Positions 35,344 to 45,649 of a DNA stretch of 64,000 bases are shown piece by piece. The translations under genes were made by a program, and so were the position numbers. This stretch comes from a virus (lineage: Duplodnaviria > Caudoviricetes). The notes under the pieces were generated by a model, which made no database searches, was not told the origin of the DNA, and saw nothing but the letters and a program-made list of their open reading frames with translations. Location: positions 19,342-83,341 of IMG/VR virus record IMGVR_UViG_3300033121_002338; one strand, written 5' to 3'. Numbering within the stretch: position 1 is the first letter of the stretch; the number at the start of each line of letters is the position of its first letter.

Positions 35344-36000
35344 ATGGACGACAATCGCATCCGCAACATTCTGCATTGGTGTTCTGAATCATATTCACAA
35401 CACGGTCGAAAATTTTCGCTCCCAGCCAACACAGACCCCGCTAAGACCTACCAGTGGCGCTATGCTAGTGCGATGGCGAAGAAATTCGAAGAATGGGAAT
35501 TGAACGACGAAGCGGCACGCAAATTCATCGATATCGCCGTGCAGACCTCGAAGGAAAACGGCACGATCTGTAAGGGACTAGCGGTCCTACACCAGTCCAA
35601 CATGCTGTCGATCTGCTATAACAAGCTGCTCAGTGAATCAACCAAGAACAATCAATTATTGCGCTCTTTGATTTGCATGAAACGGTGGGTACGCGATCAG
35701 GTCAAAGACAATGATCCAATTGCCACTCTGCTCTATCGGGAACAATTCGATGGTTTCTGCAATCTAACCCTGTGGTACAAAGCAACTCAACTCTCTGAAC
35801 TGTACCTAGCCCTGTCTGCTAGTTGCAGTAAGTCTTTAGCCCGTCTCAATCTGGCTAGACCACAGGAACGGAATCTGCTGCCGTCAGCAGCAGAACTGTA
35901 TATTATTCGTGGGCGTTTCCTGAATGACTCAGGGAATGCCCGTAAAGCCAAAGAAATCTTCGGGACAGATTGGAGAAAATTGTGTCTGTCAGAATCGTAA
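35344..36000 (+). CDS. Hypothetical protein
   Basis: 218-aa helical ORF preceding nrdJ. Confidence 0.6.
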   Translation: MDDNRIRNILHWCSESYSQHGRKFSLPANTDPAKTYQWRYASAMAKKFEEWELNDEAARKFIDIAVQTSKENGTICKGLAVLHQSNMLSICYNKLLSESTKNNQLLRSLICMKRWVRDQVKDNDPIATLLYREQFDGFCNLTLWYKATQLSELYLALSASCSKSLARLNLARPQERNLLPSAAELYIIRGRFLNDSGNARKAKEIFGTDWRKLCLSES

Positions 36001-39000
36001 ATCTCACCGCGACGGTGAGCACCGGTACCCCCATTGCCCCGTCGCCACAGTCAGAAATCTACAACGTCGGCGACAAGGACTTCGGCATCAACCGCGATGA
36101 CCATTTCGCCCTAGACCGCGACTTCCTCAAGAAATACAAGGGCAAGAAGCCAAAATTTGGCTTCAACGGCCTCGGCGAATTCGTCTTCTACCGCACTTAT
36201 TCTAGACTCAAAGCGGACGGCAGCAAAGAAACCTTCCTCGACGTCATCAAGCGGGTAGTCGAGGGCTGCTACGAGATCCAACGCCGCCACTGCAAAAAAC
36301 TCCATATCCCCTGGGACTATGATAAGGCCCAAGCCAGTGCCCAGGAAATGTTCGTGCGGATGTGGGACTTCAAGTTCCTGCCGCCGGGTCGTGGCCTCTG
36401 GATGATGGGCACCGAGTTCATGTGGAAGCGGGGCAGTGCCGCCCTCAACAACTGCGGCATGTGCTCGACGGACGACGCCGCCGAAGCCGACCCCGCCGAA
36501 CCGTTCTGCTTCATGATGGACATGTCGATGCTCGGCGTCGGCGTCGGCTTCGACACCAAGGGGGCCGGCAAGATCCGGATCAACCGCCCCAACCCCGAAA
36601 TCATCCGCCCGTTCGTCATCCCCGACTCGCGGGAGGGTTGGGTAGACTCCCTCCGCCACCTGATTCACTCCTACACCATCAACGCTGCCGCCGGCATCGT
36701 CGAATTCGACTACTCCCAGATCCGCCTCCCCGGCTCTGACATCAAGGGTTTTGGCGGCAAGTCCTCAGGCCCGGACATCCTCAAGGAACTCCACCTGCTT
36801 ATCCGGGCGCACCTCGAAAGCAAGATCGGCCAACTGCTCGACTCGGTGGATATCACCGACCTGATGAACTACATTGGCCGCTGCGTGGTGGCCGGGAACG
36901 TTCGCAGATGCCTCCCGGCCGGTACCCTGGTTCACTTGCGACGTGGCCTGGTGCCGATCGAACAAGTGCAGGTTGGCGACCTGGTGCTGACAGCAGACGG
37001 CTACCACCCGGTCGCCGAGAACGTGGCCCAGGGCGTACAGCGGGTCATAACCATCAACAGCCAGATGGGGCCATTCCGCTGTACCGATCGCCACCGGATC
37101 GCAGTAATGACCGGCATCGGCGAGTACGAATGGAAGCGGGCTTATCAGTTGAAGGCCGGCGACCGGATGGTCTTCGTCGATGCCGCCATCCCCGGCAGCC
37201 AGACCGTCCTCCCCGGCTATAGCAACTTGTCCCGCCGGGGGAGCAAACTGATCGTGCCGGGCCTGACCACCGACGTGGCCTGGTTCATCGGCGCCGTCCA
37301 CGGTGACGGCTACGTCTGCCCGGGGCGACCACATAAGGGCCGCAAGCACCACGGGGCCGCGGTGTCCATCCCGGTGAACCGGGACGAGTACCACGACGGG
37401 ATAACCGCCAAAATCGAGGCCGGGTTCGCCGCCTTCGGCTTCGACAAGCCAAGGGAGCAACCCAGCGGCGACAACTGCCGCAAAGTCCGGGTAATCTCTA
37501 AGAGGCTAGCCCACTATCTGCACGCTAATTTCAAGAAGGCCCGGACCCCGCTAGGCGTCCCGGAGTGCATCCGGATGGGAACGCCGGAGACCAGAGGGGC
37601 TTATCTGGCCGGTCTGCTCGACACCGACGGCTCGACCAAGAATCAACCGACCACCCTGGTGGTGAGCGTCTACCGCGATTTCATGCGGCAGGTCCAAGCG
37701 GTCTACTCCAGCCTGGGTGTCCCGACCAAGCTCCGTCTCCGCAAGGAAGCAGACGAGGCCGGGCAGGCTAAGTGGGAGATCGCCTTGGTTGGTGATTTCG
37801 CGACCGCCAAGTTCCAGGAACTGGTCCAGCCCTACGCGGTCAAGCAACTCCGGGAGATGAGTCACGCCAGCGGCCACGATTTCGGCTATCCCGCGGAGTG
37901 GATTGACTGCGAGACCGTGGACTACGGCCACTCATGGTCCCCGCAACAAGAGCAGATGACCCACAACCGGGCTGTGTTGTGCGGAGCCAGGGTCGGCCAC
38001 TTGGTGCCAGTAGCCGTCGAGTCGGTGGTGGATGAGGGTGTCGAAGTTCAAACCTACGATCTGACCGTACCCGACCGCAGTGAATTTGTGGCCGAAGGGC
38101 GGTTGGTGCATAACACCGCGCAAATTGGGTTCGCCGACGCCGACGACACCGCCTACTGCTCGATGAAAAACCCAACCGCCACCCTGCAGCCGGAGGATCT
38201 CCCGGCCTGGCAGGAGGTCACGGACAAGATCTACGCCGAACTGCGAAACTCAGCCACCAAAACCGACTTTGCCGCCTACGCTATCCCGGACGACCGCCTC
38301 CTGCCGGCCATCCGGACCTGGAACGCCTTGAACCACCACCGCTGGGCCTCCAACAACTCGATCTTCGCCCGCATTGGGATGGATTACACCAAAGTTGGCG
38401 ACCAGATCGGTGTCAACGGTGAGCCAGGACTATTGTGGCTGGCTAATTGTCAAGACTATGGTCGGATGATCGATGGCCACAACCCCGGAGTCGATGGGCG
38501 AGTGGTGGGCTCAAACCCGTGTTTCTCTGGCAACATGCGGTTGCTGACGGAACATGGCTACGTGTCCATGTATGATCTGTGGGTTGCCGGTGGTATGCAG
38601 GAGTATGATGGTCTTGGTACCGATCCGGTCGCCAAATACGGCTCCCAGGCCATCGTCAACGATCGTGGGGTGGTGCGGGCGACCAACGTATATCGGACCG
38701 GGACTGACGTTGATCTCTATCGTGTCACGATGTCGGATAATTCGTGCGTGGAGGCCACTGCCAACCACCAGTTCATCGTGCTTGACCGCATTTCGTCGGG
38801 CCGCAAGGGCAAGGCCGCCTATGGTGAGCGCCGTTGCCACCTCCGCGATCTGCGAGTCGGTGACAAGATCACCCTGAACCGTACCAAGCACTTCGGTACG
38901 TTCCACGATCCCGCCTACGCGGAACTGGCCGGCTGGTGCATTGGCGATGGTTCTTTGTCGCCTAAGAAGGACGGCCAGGTCCGGGCCGAATGTTCCTGTT

Positions 39001-41630
39001 ATAACAGCGACGTAGAAACGGCACTGCCCCGTCTGTCCGGCCTCATGCACGAACTCTACGCCGCCCACAACAAGTCCTCGCATCAGGCACCGGCCTACGC
39101 CGGCTGGCAACGGGACCAAGAGTGGTTCGACCACACCGAGCAGCGTGTGGGGTCGGCCGTTCTGGGCCGACTGCTCCGCTCCGACGGGGTCCGGAACGGG
39201 GATAAGCACCGAGTGCCACGGTCGGTGTGGTCCGGCACACAGGAGACCGTTGCCGCCTTCCTGCGCGGGCTGGCCTCCACCGACGGCTACGTTCACATCA
39301 GCGACAACGGGACCATCGGTGTGCGGATTAGCCAATCCAACAAGCGGCTGCTCGACGAGTGCCGCCTACTGCTCAACCAATTCGGGATCGCCAGTACCGT
39401 TCACAAGCGTCGAGACGCCCGCAAGTTGATGATGAACGACGGGCGCGGCGGTAAGAAGTTGTACCAGACGAAGACCGCCTACGAGCTGATCGTGTCCGGG
39501 ATCAAGCAGACTACGGCGTTCCTGGACCAGATCGGCTTTATCCAGAACGAGAAAATGGCTCCGGCCAGGGAGTGGCTGTCCAAGCACCGTGGCTCCAATA
39601 ACTCCGACACTGAGCGATATGTTACCGTTAAATCCGTGGAACCCATCGGCAAGGGGGACACCTACTGCCTGACCGAACCGGGAGATAACCAGGTCGTGGT
39701 CGAGGGATACCGCATCGGGCAGTGCGTTGAACAGAGTCTGGAATCATACGAACTCTGCGTGAGCGGAGACACCAAGCTGCAACTCCGGAACGGCGTCCGC
39801 CGAATCGAGGACCTGGTCGGCCGGTCGGTCAAGGTCTGGAACGGCGACAACTGGTCCACGGTCACGCCCCGCGTCACCGGTCACAACCGCGAACTCTACC
39901 GCGTCCATCTCTCCGACGGCTCCTACCTCGACACCACCAGCAACCACGGCTGGTCCGTCCGCCCGGCCGGCAAGCGGATCTACCGCCGCGTGGAGACCCA
40001 GAACCTCCAGCCGGGCGACCGGGTCCAGGGCTTCTCCCTTGGTGATATCAACGGCCGCCATGAGGAGCACGCTTTCGAGATGGGCTACGCCACCGGCGAC
40101 GGCTACATCGACCAGGGCGGACGCTATGTCATGGCCGTGGCCTGCGGCCCGAAGGCGGAGTTGAAGGAACTGGCCATGGCCGGCCGCTGGTACAAGCCGC
40201 AGATCAAGGAGGGCTACACCGATCCCTACAATCGGATTAACCTGAGCGGCTGCATCTCGGTGCCACAGATCACCGAACTCCGCAACAAGAAGACCGGCTT
40301 GCCCGAGTGGGTGATGTCCCTCGACCGTGAGAGCATCCTGCAGTTCATCGCCGGCTGGATCGAGTCGGACGGGTGCGTGTGCAAGCAGGCCAATACCCAC
40401 GGTTATCGGATCTATGGTCTGGAGGCCAAGATCCGGGACGCCCAGTTGCTCCTGCGGCGGATCGGCATCAACCACGCCTCCGTCAACTTCTGCCACCCGG
40501 CCGGGCAGGTGACGAACAAGGGTGTACGTGAGAATGATCTCTGGTACATCCAGATTCCGAGCTTCGAGTGCGGTGAGATCCCAACCCGGGTCAAGCGGGC
40601 GACCAAGATCGGCAGCCGGGTCCGCCCCAATCCGCGTTACAAGAATCGCGGGATCGACATGGCCAAGAAGCAGTACGTGGAACGGGTGGAGAAGCTGGAC
40701 GGCCTTCATACCACCTACTGCTTCGATGAGCCTGATAACCACATGGGGGTGTTCGGCAACGCTATCACCTACCAGTGTAATCTTGTGGAGACTTTCCCTT
40801 CCAACCACAGCGACGCCGATGATTATATGCGGACCTTGAAGTTTGCTTACCTTTACGCTAAGACTGTCACGCTGCTGACCACGCATAATCCACGCACTAA
40901 CCAGGTTATGCTCAGGAACCGCCGGATTGGACTGTCCCAATCTGGTATCGTGGAGGCATTCGCTAAATTCGGCCGGCGGGCCACGCTGCGTGACTTCTGC
41001 GATGCCGGCTACAACGAGGTCCGCCGTTGGGACCAGATCTATTCTGATTGGTTGTGCATCCCCCGCTCGATCAAGGTCACGTCGGTCAAGCCGTCCGGTA
41101 CGGTTAGCCTGGTGGTTGGGGTGTCACCGGGCATCCATCACCCGGAGGCTACCACTTACTGGCGAACCGTTCGCGTAGCGGCCGACTCGGTTCTGATCAA
41201 GATTCTCCGGGAAGCCGGATACCGCATCGAGCCGTCGGTCACAGACAACCGGACCATGGTGGTCTACTTCGGGGTGATAGGCGAGAATGGGGTGCGGCCG
41301 GTTGGCGAGGTCTGCATTTGGGAGCAAATGCAGAACGCTATTGATTATCAGCGGCTGTGGGCTGACAACCAGGTGTCCTGTACCGTCAAGTTTAAACCCC
41401 ACGAGACGGCTGACATCGCCAGGGTCCTTGAGACCTATGAGGACCAGCTTAAGGGGATTAGTTTCTTGCCACACGAGGACCATGGGTATCCACAAGCACC
41501 GTATATTCCCTGTGGCCGCTCCGAAGTTGAGACTTATCTGGCCACGCTAAAGAATGCCGATTACTCTGATTACCTGTACGAGGCCATTGGGTCGCATGGC
41601 TGTGATAATGATAAGTGCATGGTCAGTTAG
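35970..41630 (+). CDS. nrdJ: Class II (B12-dependent) ribonucleotide reductase with three inteins (about 743 aa after splicing)
   Basis: FYRTYSR, FLPPGRGLW, ALNNC, GNVRR/T, NP/CVEQ, RRIGLSQSG, TSVKPSGTVSL, WADNQVSCTV, C-terminal CDNDKC. Confidence 0.95.
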   Translation: MEKIVSVRIVNLTATVSTGTPIAPSPQSEIYNVGDKDFGINRDDHFALDRDFLKKYKGKKPKFGFNGLGEFVFYRTYSRLKADGSKETFLDVIKRVVEGCYEIQRRHCKKLHIPWDYDKAQASAQEMFVRMWDFKFLPPGRGLWMMGTEFMWKRGSAALNNCGMCSTDDAAEADPAEPFCFMMDMSMLGVGVGFDTKGAGKIRINRPNPEIIRPFVIPDSREGWVDSLRHLIHSYTINAAAGIVEFDYSQIRLPGSDIKGFGGKSSGPDILKELHLLIRAHLESKIGQLLDSVDITDLMNYIGRCVVAGNVRRCLPAGTLVHLRRGLVPIEQVQVGDLVLTADGYHPVAENVAQGVQRVITINSQMGPFRCTDRHRIAVMTGIGEYEWKRAYQLKAGDRMVFVDAAIPGSQTVLPGYSNLSRRGSKLIVPGLTTDVAWFIGAVHGDGYVCPGRPHKGRKHHGAAVSIPVNRDEYHDGITAKIEAGFAAFGFDKPREQPSGDNCRKVRVISKRLAHYLHANFKKARTPLGVPECIRMGTPETRGAYLAGLLDTDGSTKNQPTTLVVSVYRDFMRQVQAVYSSLGVPTKLRLRKEADEAGQAKWEIALVGDFATAKFQELVQPYAVKQLREMSHASGHDFGYPAEWIDCETVDYGHSWSPQQEQMTHNRAVLCGARVGHLVPVAVESVVDEGVEVQTYDLTVPDRSEFVAEGRLVHNTAQIGFADADDTAYCSMKNPTATLQPEDLPAWQEVTDKIYAELRNSATKTDFAAYAIPDDRLLPAIRTWNALNHHRWASNNSIFARIGMDYTKVGDQIGVNGEPGLLWLANCQDYGRMIDGHNPGVDGRVVGSNPCFSGNMRLLTEHGYVSMYDLWVAGGMQEYDGLGTDPVAKYGSQAIVNDRGVVRATNVYRTGTDVDLYRVTMSDNSCVEATANHQFIVLDRISSGRKGKAAYGERRCHLRDLRVGDKITLNRTKHFGTFHDPAYAELAGWCIGDGSLSPKKDGQVRAECSCYNSDVETALPRLSGLMHELYAAHNKSSHQAPAYAGWQRDQEWFDHTEQRVGSAVLGRLLRSDGVRNGDKHRVPRSVWSGTQETVAAFLRGLASTDGYVHISDNGTIGVRISQSNKRLLDECRLLLNQFGIASTVHKRRDARKLMMNDGRGGKKLYQTKTAYELIVSGIKQTTAFLDQIGFIQNEKMAPAREWLSKHRGSNNSDTERYVTVKSVEPIGKGDTYCLTEPGDNQVVVEGYRIGQCVEQSLESYELCVSGDTKLQLRNGVRRIEDLVGRSVKVWNGDNWSTVTPRVTGHNRELYRVHLSDGSYLDTTSNHGWSVRPAGKRIYRRVETQNLQPGDRVQGFSLGDINGRHEEHAFEMGYATGDGYIDQGGRYVMAVACGPKAELKELAMAGRWYKPQIKEGYTDPYNRINLSGCISVPQITELRNKKTGLPEWVMSLDRESILQFIAGWIESDGCVCKQANTHGYRIYGLEAKIRDAQLLLRRIGINHASVNFCHPAGQVTNKGVRENDLWYIQIPSFECGEIPTRVKRATKIGSRVRPNPRYKNRGIDMAKKQYVERVEKLDGLHTTYCFDEPDNHMGVFGNAITYQCNLVETFPSNHSDADDYMRTLKFAYLYAKTVTLLTTHNPRTNQVMLRNRRIGLSQSGIVEAFAKFGRRATLRDFCDAGYNEVRRWDQIYSDWLCIPRSIKVTSVKPSGTVSLVVGVSPGIHHPEATTYWRTVRVAADSVLIKILREAGYRIEPSVTDNRTMVVYFGVIGENGVRPVGEVCIWEQMQNAIDYQRLWADNQVSCTVKFKPHETADIARVLETYEDQLKGISFLPHEDHGYPQAPYIPCGRSEVETYLATLKNADYSDYLYEAIGSHGCDNDKCMVS
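36909..38114 (+). mobile_element. Intein 1 in NrdJ (402 aa, LAGLIDADG)
   Basis: Starts CLPAGTLV after GNVRR; IGAVHGDG and LAGLLDTDG; ends VHN before Thr. Confidence 0.93.
38520..39722 (+). mobile_element. Intein 2 in NrdJ (401 aa, LAGLIDADG, Gln C-terminus)
   Basis: Starts CFSGNMRL after GSNP; AGWCIGDG and LRGLASTDG; ends RIGQ before the catalytic Cys. Confidence 0.92.
39756..40775 (+). mobile_element. Intein 3 in NrdJ (340 aa, LAGLIDADG, Gln C-terminus)
   Basis: Starts CVSGDTKL after SYEL; MGYATGDG and IAGWIESDG; ends ITYQ before CNLVE. Confidence 0.92.
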
Positions 41631-41680
41631 TAGATAAGGTCCCGCTCGAAGAGAAAGTGGGTGGTTGCGGCAGCAACAGG

Positions 41681-41704
41681 GCCACAGGACTAATCTCCTG
41701 TGGC
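41681..41704 (+). terminator. Terminator after nrdJ
   Basis: GCCACAGGA-CTAATC-TCCTGTGGC followed by TCTTGTTGTATTT. Confidence 0.7.
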
Positions 41705-41727
41705 TCTTGTTGTATTTGAAACCCATC

Positions 41728-42759
41728 ATGGCAAAAGAAAAAGACCCGGTTACACCCGAACCAGACACCTCCCTTCACTCTAGCACCACGCTAGGCCGAA
41801 ACCATAAGGCGGACCAATTTTACGCCAAAGGCGAGGGTGTCTACCTGTCCAAGCATGCCATCTATGATCTGGAACGTAATGTCCCGAAGGGCAATGATCA
41901 CCATCGAGCATTGGTGCCAGAACAGACCATCATCAAGTGGTACCACTCGATCATGGCCCAGCGGAGTTTAGACGAGCAGGCCGCCGCTCGCCTCGACCAA
42001 CGCCGCATTGAACATGAGGCCGAGTGTTATCCGGGTACCGACACCGCTGACCCAACCCTTGGTACTGTTGGTTTTCGAGATAAGCGGAATCAATTTGATT
42101 TGGATCGTTCCAGATCCACGATTCAGTTGAGCATGACCACCGGGCACCGTTGGCTTAATGGATCTTCAGTCACCCACTCCAATTACATCACGATTCGGGT
42201 GGGTGCACCGGATGGGCGTGAGTTGGTTGAGGTGGCCCTGACCTTTGACCAGTTCGCTAGCTTCCTGGTCTCATCTATGCACACTCCCTGCACCGTTGAT
42301 ACTTATTGGAGTCACAATGAGCAATGCGTGCGGTTAGCGGAAGTGGTTAAACCGCCTGAGTCCATTCACGATCAGATGGAGCAGCGACTGGGTGATCGAA
42401 TGGATGAGTTCGACCGCCGCCTCGATGATATCGTTGCCGATATTCAAACCCAGGCGTCCAGCGGCAAGTCGATGGCCAAGAAGGCGATGGAAAAGATCCT
42501 CCATGATCTGTCGATCTGTAAAAGCTATCTACGTTCTAATCGCGACTTCATGGTTAAGCAGGCCCGTGGAGAGGTTTCTTCGATCGTTGAACAGGCGGCG
42601 GCTTCGATTGCCTGGTCGCACAAATTGAGCCAAGAGGAGTTAGTGGCCAACCCAGTGGTTGCTGCTCTTTTACAATCCTGGGTCAAGGATCGCGCCCTCC
42701 GGGCACATAATCCAGAAAGCGATAACGATGTCAGTGCAGATGATCGACTACCCGAATGA
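41728..42759 (+). CDS. Hypothetical phage protein with coiled-coil C-terminus
   Basis: 343 aa from ATG 41728. Confidence 0.65.
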   Translation: MAKEKDPVTPEPDTSLHSSTTLGRNHKADQFYAKGEGVYLSKHAIYDLERNVPKGNDHHRALVPEQTIIKWYHSIMAQRSLDEQAAARLDQRRIEHEAECYPGTDTADPTLGTVGFRDKRNQFDLDRSRSTIQLSMTTGHRWLNGSSVTHSNYITIRVGAPDGRELVEVALTFDQFASFLVSSMHTPCTVDTYWSHNEQCVRLAEVVKPPESIHDQMEQRLGDRMDEFDRRLDDIVADIQTQASSGKSMAKKAMEKILHDLSICKSYLRSNRDFMVKQARGEVSSIVEQAAASIAWSHKLSQEELVANPVVAALLQSWVKDRALRAHNPESDNDVSADDRLPE

Positions 42760-42979
42760 TAAACCAAGGATCGAGACCGGGGCTGTCCAATTCGGTTCTG
42801 ATTGGCCCGGTCTGTTCATTAGAGGCGATAATGCCGCCTGGCTGGCATTTGAGGCTCAGCAGGTTTTGGAATGGTACAATAACCTGCCGGCAGAGCACCG
42901 GTGTTTTATGGTGATGTCGATGCTCACCAGTCTCACCTCACTTGGTAGAATCGTTAACCGGGACGTTATTGTCAAATGA
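42728..42979 (+). CDS. Hypothetical protein
   Basis: RIETGAVQFGSDWPGLFIRGDNA; stop overlaps the helicase start. Confidence 0.6.
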   Translation: MSVQMIDYPNDKPRIETGAVQFGSDWPGLFIRGDNAAWLAFEAQQVLEWYNNLPAEHRCFMVMSMLTSLTSLGRIVNRDVIVK

Positions 42980-44571
42980 TCGCTCGTCTTGAAGACAACC
43001 AGTGGATTTACTTGGATAATCTGTCGGTTCGGGAAGAAGAGATTGTCTGGCAGGAATTCAGTGTCTCTAAACCGGGCATCTACATCGACCCCAACCAAAT
43101 GGGCACCTGGGATGGTGTCCATCGCAAGTACAACCGGGCCAAGAAACGTATGGCCCGGCCCCTTCTGTCGAAGTTGCGCGGTGTTTGCACCAAACACAAT
43201 CTGGCGATAGACATTCGAGACTACCGCCCTGACTGGAATTATCAGCCGCTTTCTGTCGATCAAATCAATGCGGATTTCCTACCCGGCATAACCCTGGAAC
43301 AATATCAGATTGATTGTATTCGCAAAATTGCCTCGGTCGAATGCGGGGTTATAGATGTGCCCACCGGTGGTGGTAAGGGGGAGCTTATCGCCGGCGCTTG
43401 TAAGGCGATCTCCTGCCCTACGATTGTGCTGGCCGACCAGGTGATTGTGGTTAAGCAGCTTAAGGAGCGGCTGGAACTACGTGACGTTGTGGACGACGTA
43501 GGGATCTTCTACGCTGGCAAACGCCCTAACGGCCAGAGCATCGTGGTGGGGTCGATTCAGTCCTTGACTGCCCCGTCTAAGCCACCGGACATGCCGGTCC
43601 GGCGCCACGATGAGACCGACCGCTCTTTCACCAAGAAGCTGGAAACCTGGGATAAGAAGCTACAGGCTTTTAAGACTCGTCGCCGCAACACCAAGCTCCT
43701 GACCGAGTATGTGAAGCGGGCTGAGATGATCATAGTGGATGAGTGTGATAAGTGCACGGGAGATTCTTGGAAGAACCTGTTTCGGCATCAGTTCCGCGGG
43801 CGGCGCCGTTTCGGTTTCAGTGGTACCCCTTTCGACACGAGTAAGCCGGTCGAGGGGATGGTGATGCAGGAGCACCTGGGGAGCGTGATCTATAAGGCCT
43901 CTAGGGCCGAATTAACTGCCCTGGGTCGGATCATCCCCTGCGAATACTATATGTTGGCCTATGGGATGGATCGGGGCACGATTGATGAGGCGTCCGCCTA
44001 CGATATCGCTTACAACGAGCACCTTGTTAATAACGAGCATTTCCACCGTACGGTTGCTAAGCTTGCCCGTCATGCGAAGAAGGACCCGATGGACGGGGTC
44101 CTGGTGCTGGTTGATCGGGAGCCACTTGGCTACAAGCTGGTTGAAGCTTGTACTGCTCAAAACCTGCGGGTGGCCTTCATATTTGGTAAGACTACCCAGA
44201 AAAAACGGGCGGAAATGCTCCGGGCCTTTGAAAGACGCGAATTGGATGTCCTGATTGGTGGCAAGATCATCAATCGTGGGCTGGACTTGAAGGGCGGCTG
44301 TGAGAGCCTGATTGTTGCCTCTGGCGGTAAGTTGGAATCTGAATTTATTCAGAAGATCGGCCGCGCCCTGCGGCGGAATCGGTTAGGTAAGAGTAAGGTT
44401 TATGGTTTCTTTTTCCGTTGCAATCGTTACCTTTACAGACACTCCAAGGCCCACCTCAAGGCGATGATCAATGCCGAATACCCGACCAAAATTGTGTTCC
44501 CCGGAGGGAGCATTACGGGTGAGGAGCTAGTTCAGAGTCAATTCAGAGTCAAACGATCTCTGTTGGGTTAA
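42976..44571 (+). CDS. uvsW: SF2 DNA helicase (T4 UvsW-like)
   Basis: PTGGGKG (Walker A), IIVDECD, FSGTP, GLDL, QKIGRALR. Confidence 0.85.
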   Translation: MIARLEDNQWIYLDNLSVREEEIVWQEFSVSKPGIYIDPNQMGTWDGVHRKYNRAKKRMARPLLSKLRGVCTKHNLAIDIRDYRPDWNYQPLSVDQINADFLPGITLEQYQIDCIRKIASVECGVIDVPTGGGKGELIAGACKAISCPTIVLADQVIVVKQLKERLELRDVVDDVGIFYAGKRPNGQSIVVGSIQSLTAPSKPPDMPVRRHDETDRSFTKKLETWDKKLQAFKTRRRNTKLLTEYVKRAEMIIVDECDKCTGDSWKNLFRHQFRGRRRFGFSGTPFDTSKPVEGMVMQEHLGSVIYKASRAELTALGRIIPCEYYMLAYGMDRGTIDEASAYDIAYNEHLVNNEHFHRTVAKLARHAKKDPMDGVLVLVDREPLGYKLVEACTAQNLRVAFIFGKTTQKKRAEMLRAFERRELDVLIGGKIINRGLDLKGGCESLIVASGGKLESEFIQKIGRALRRNRLGKSKVYGFFFRCNRYLYRHSKAHLKAMINAEYPTKIVFPGGSITGEELVQSQFRVKRSLLG

Positions 44572-44655
44572 TGTATCGCTACAATCGATTGGTCTTGTGC
44601 GTGGCTGCGTATTCGGCCCATATGTATGGGGGTGAATTGTCTCCAGGGTGCGACT

Positions 44656-45618
44656 ATGAGTGAACCAACGGCCCCCATTGCCCCCATTGCCCCCATTGCC
44701 GCCGCTGCTGCCGCCCAGCCATTGCCACAACGCAGACTTTATTTCATTAATGAACAGGTGGAATGGTCGTTAACCCTCTACCTGTGGACGGCCTGCACGA
44801 AAGTCCAGCTACGTGACCAGATCATGAGTCATGCCACCGAACTCATCCGCCAGATTATCCGCAAACAAGGTCTCCACACCATCTACCCAGGGCAGGAAGA
44901 ATCTGCCTTTGGCGATTTGTTGCAAACTGCTTGGGTGCAGATAGAGAGAACCCTATACAAGTACCGTGCTCGCCCCCATTGCCGTTCTTGTTTCAACCCG
45001 GAACGCCCATCTGATTCACTGTTGTATCAACCGGGTGAAAAAGAGTATGGCATCAAGACCATGGACGAAGCTATTGCGATGCAGCCTGGCCGACGTTGTC
45101 CCCACTGTTCAACCTCCCTGGCCGCCACCCCGACGGTTGATCCGAAGCAAGGCTTGTATGGTGGATCGGAGACTGTGCTCTACCGTGGGATGTCTAAAGT
45201 CTTTAACATGTGGAGTCAGATCGCTCGCACCGTGATTCTGGCCTACATTAAGAAAGAAGGACGGGATCGTAAGAATTCAACCTCATATGTCAGTCACCTT
45301 GGTAACAAGTCAAGGCCAGTGTCCGGGGTAATGGATCGTTTCCTGGGTGAAGCCAAGGAACTCTGGAAATACCACGACGATCACATCAAGATCATCAACG
45401 CTATCGCTTACATTATTGAGTTTGACGAACGCCCACATGATGGAATTATTGGTAAATTGGTTGATCGAACCGGCCTGTCGCGAGCGGTGGTCACAAATTT
45501 CATTCAGCTCACCAAGCTACGCAGTTTTGAACTCACTGACTCCAATTTGAATCGTGGTTCTGAGGAGCCCAAGATCGATAAGCGTCGTGGGAATTGCGAC
45601 AACGACGAGGAAAATTGA
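44656..45618 (+). CDS. Putative late sigma factor (gp55-like) with a Zn-ribbon insertion
   Basis: LYFINEQVE, DLLQTAWVQIERTLYKY, SKVFNMWSQIARTVILAYIKKE; CRSC...CPHC between them. Confidence 0.6.
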   Translation: MSEPTAPIAPIAPIAAAAAAQPLPQRRLYFINEQVEWSLTLYLWTACTKVQLRDQIMSHATELIRQIIRKQGLHTIYPGQEESAFGDLLQTAWVQIERTLYKYRARPHCRSCFNPERPSDSLLYQPGEKEYGIKTMDEAIAMQPGRRCPHCSTSLAATPTVDPKQGLYGGSETVLYRGMSKVFNMWSQIARTVILAYIKKEGRDRKNSTSYVSHLGNKSRPVSGVMDRFLGEAKELWKYHDDHIKIINAIAYIIEFDERPHDGIIGKLVDRTGLSRAVVTNFIQLTKLRSFELTDSNLNRGSEEPKIDKRRGNCDNDEEN

Positions 45619-45649
45619 AGACAGTATTGATTCTGGCAAGGAGGCCCAG

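Noticed and set aside
44671-44697. (GCCCCCATT)3 as a regulatory repeat
   Set aside because: It is in frame as APIAPIAPI in a low-complexity N-terminal linker.
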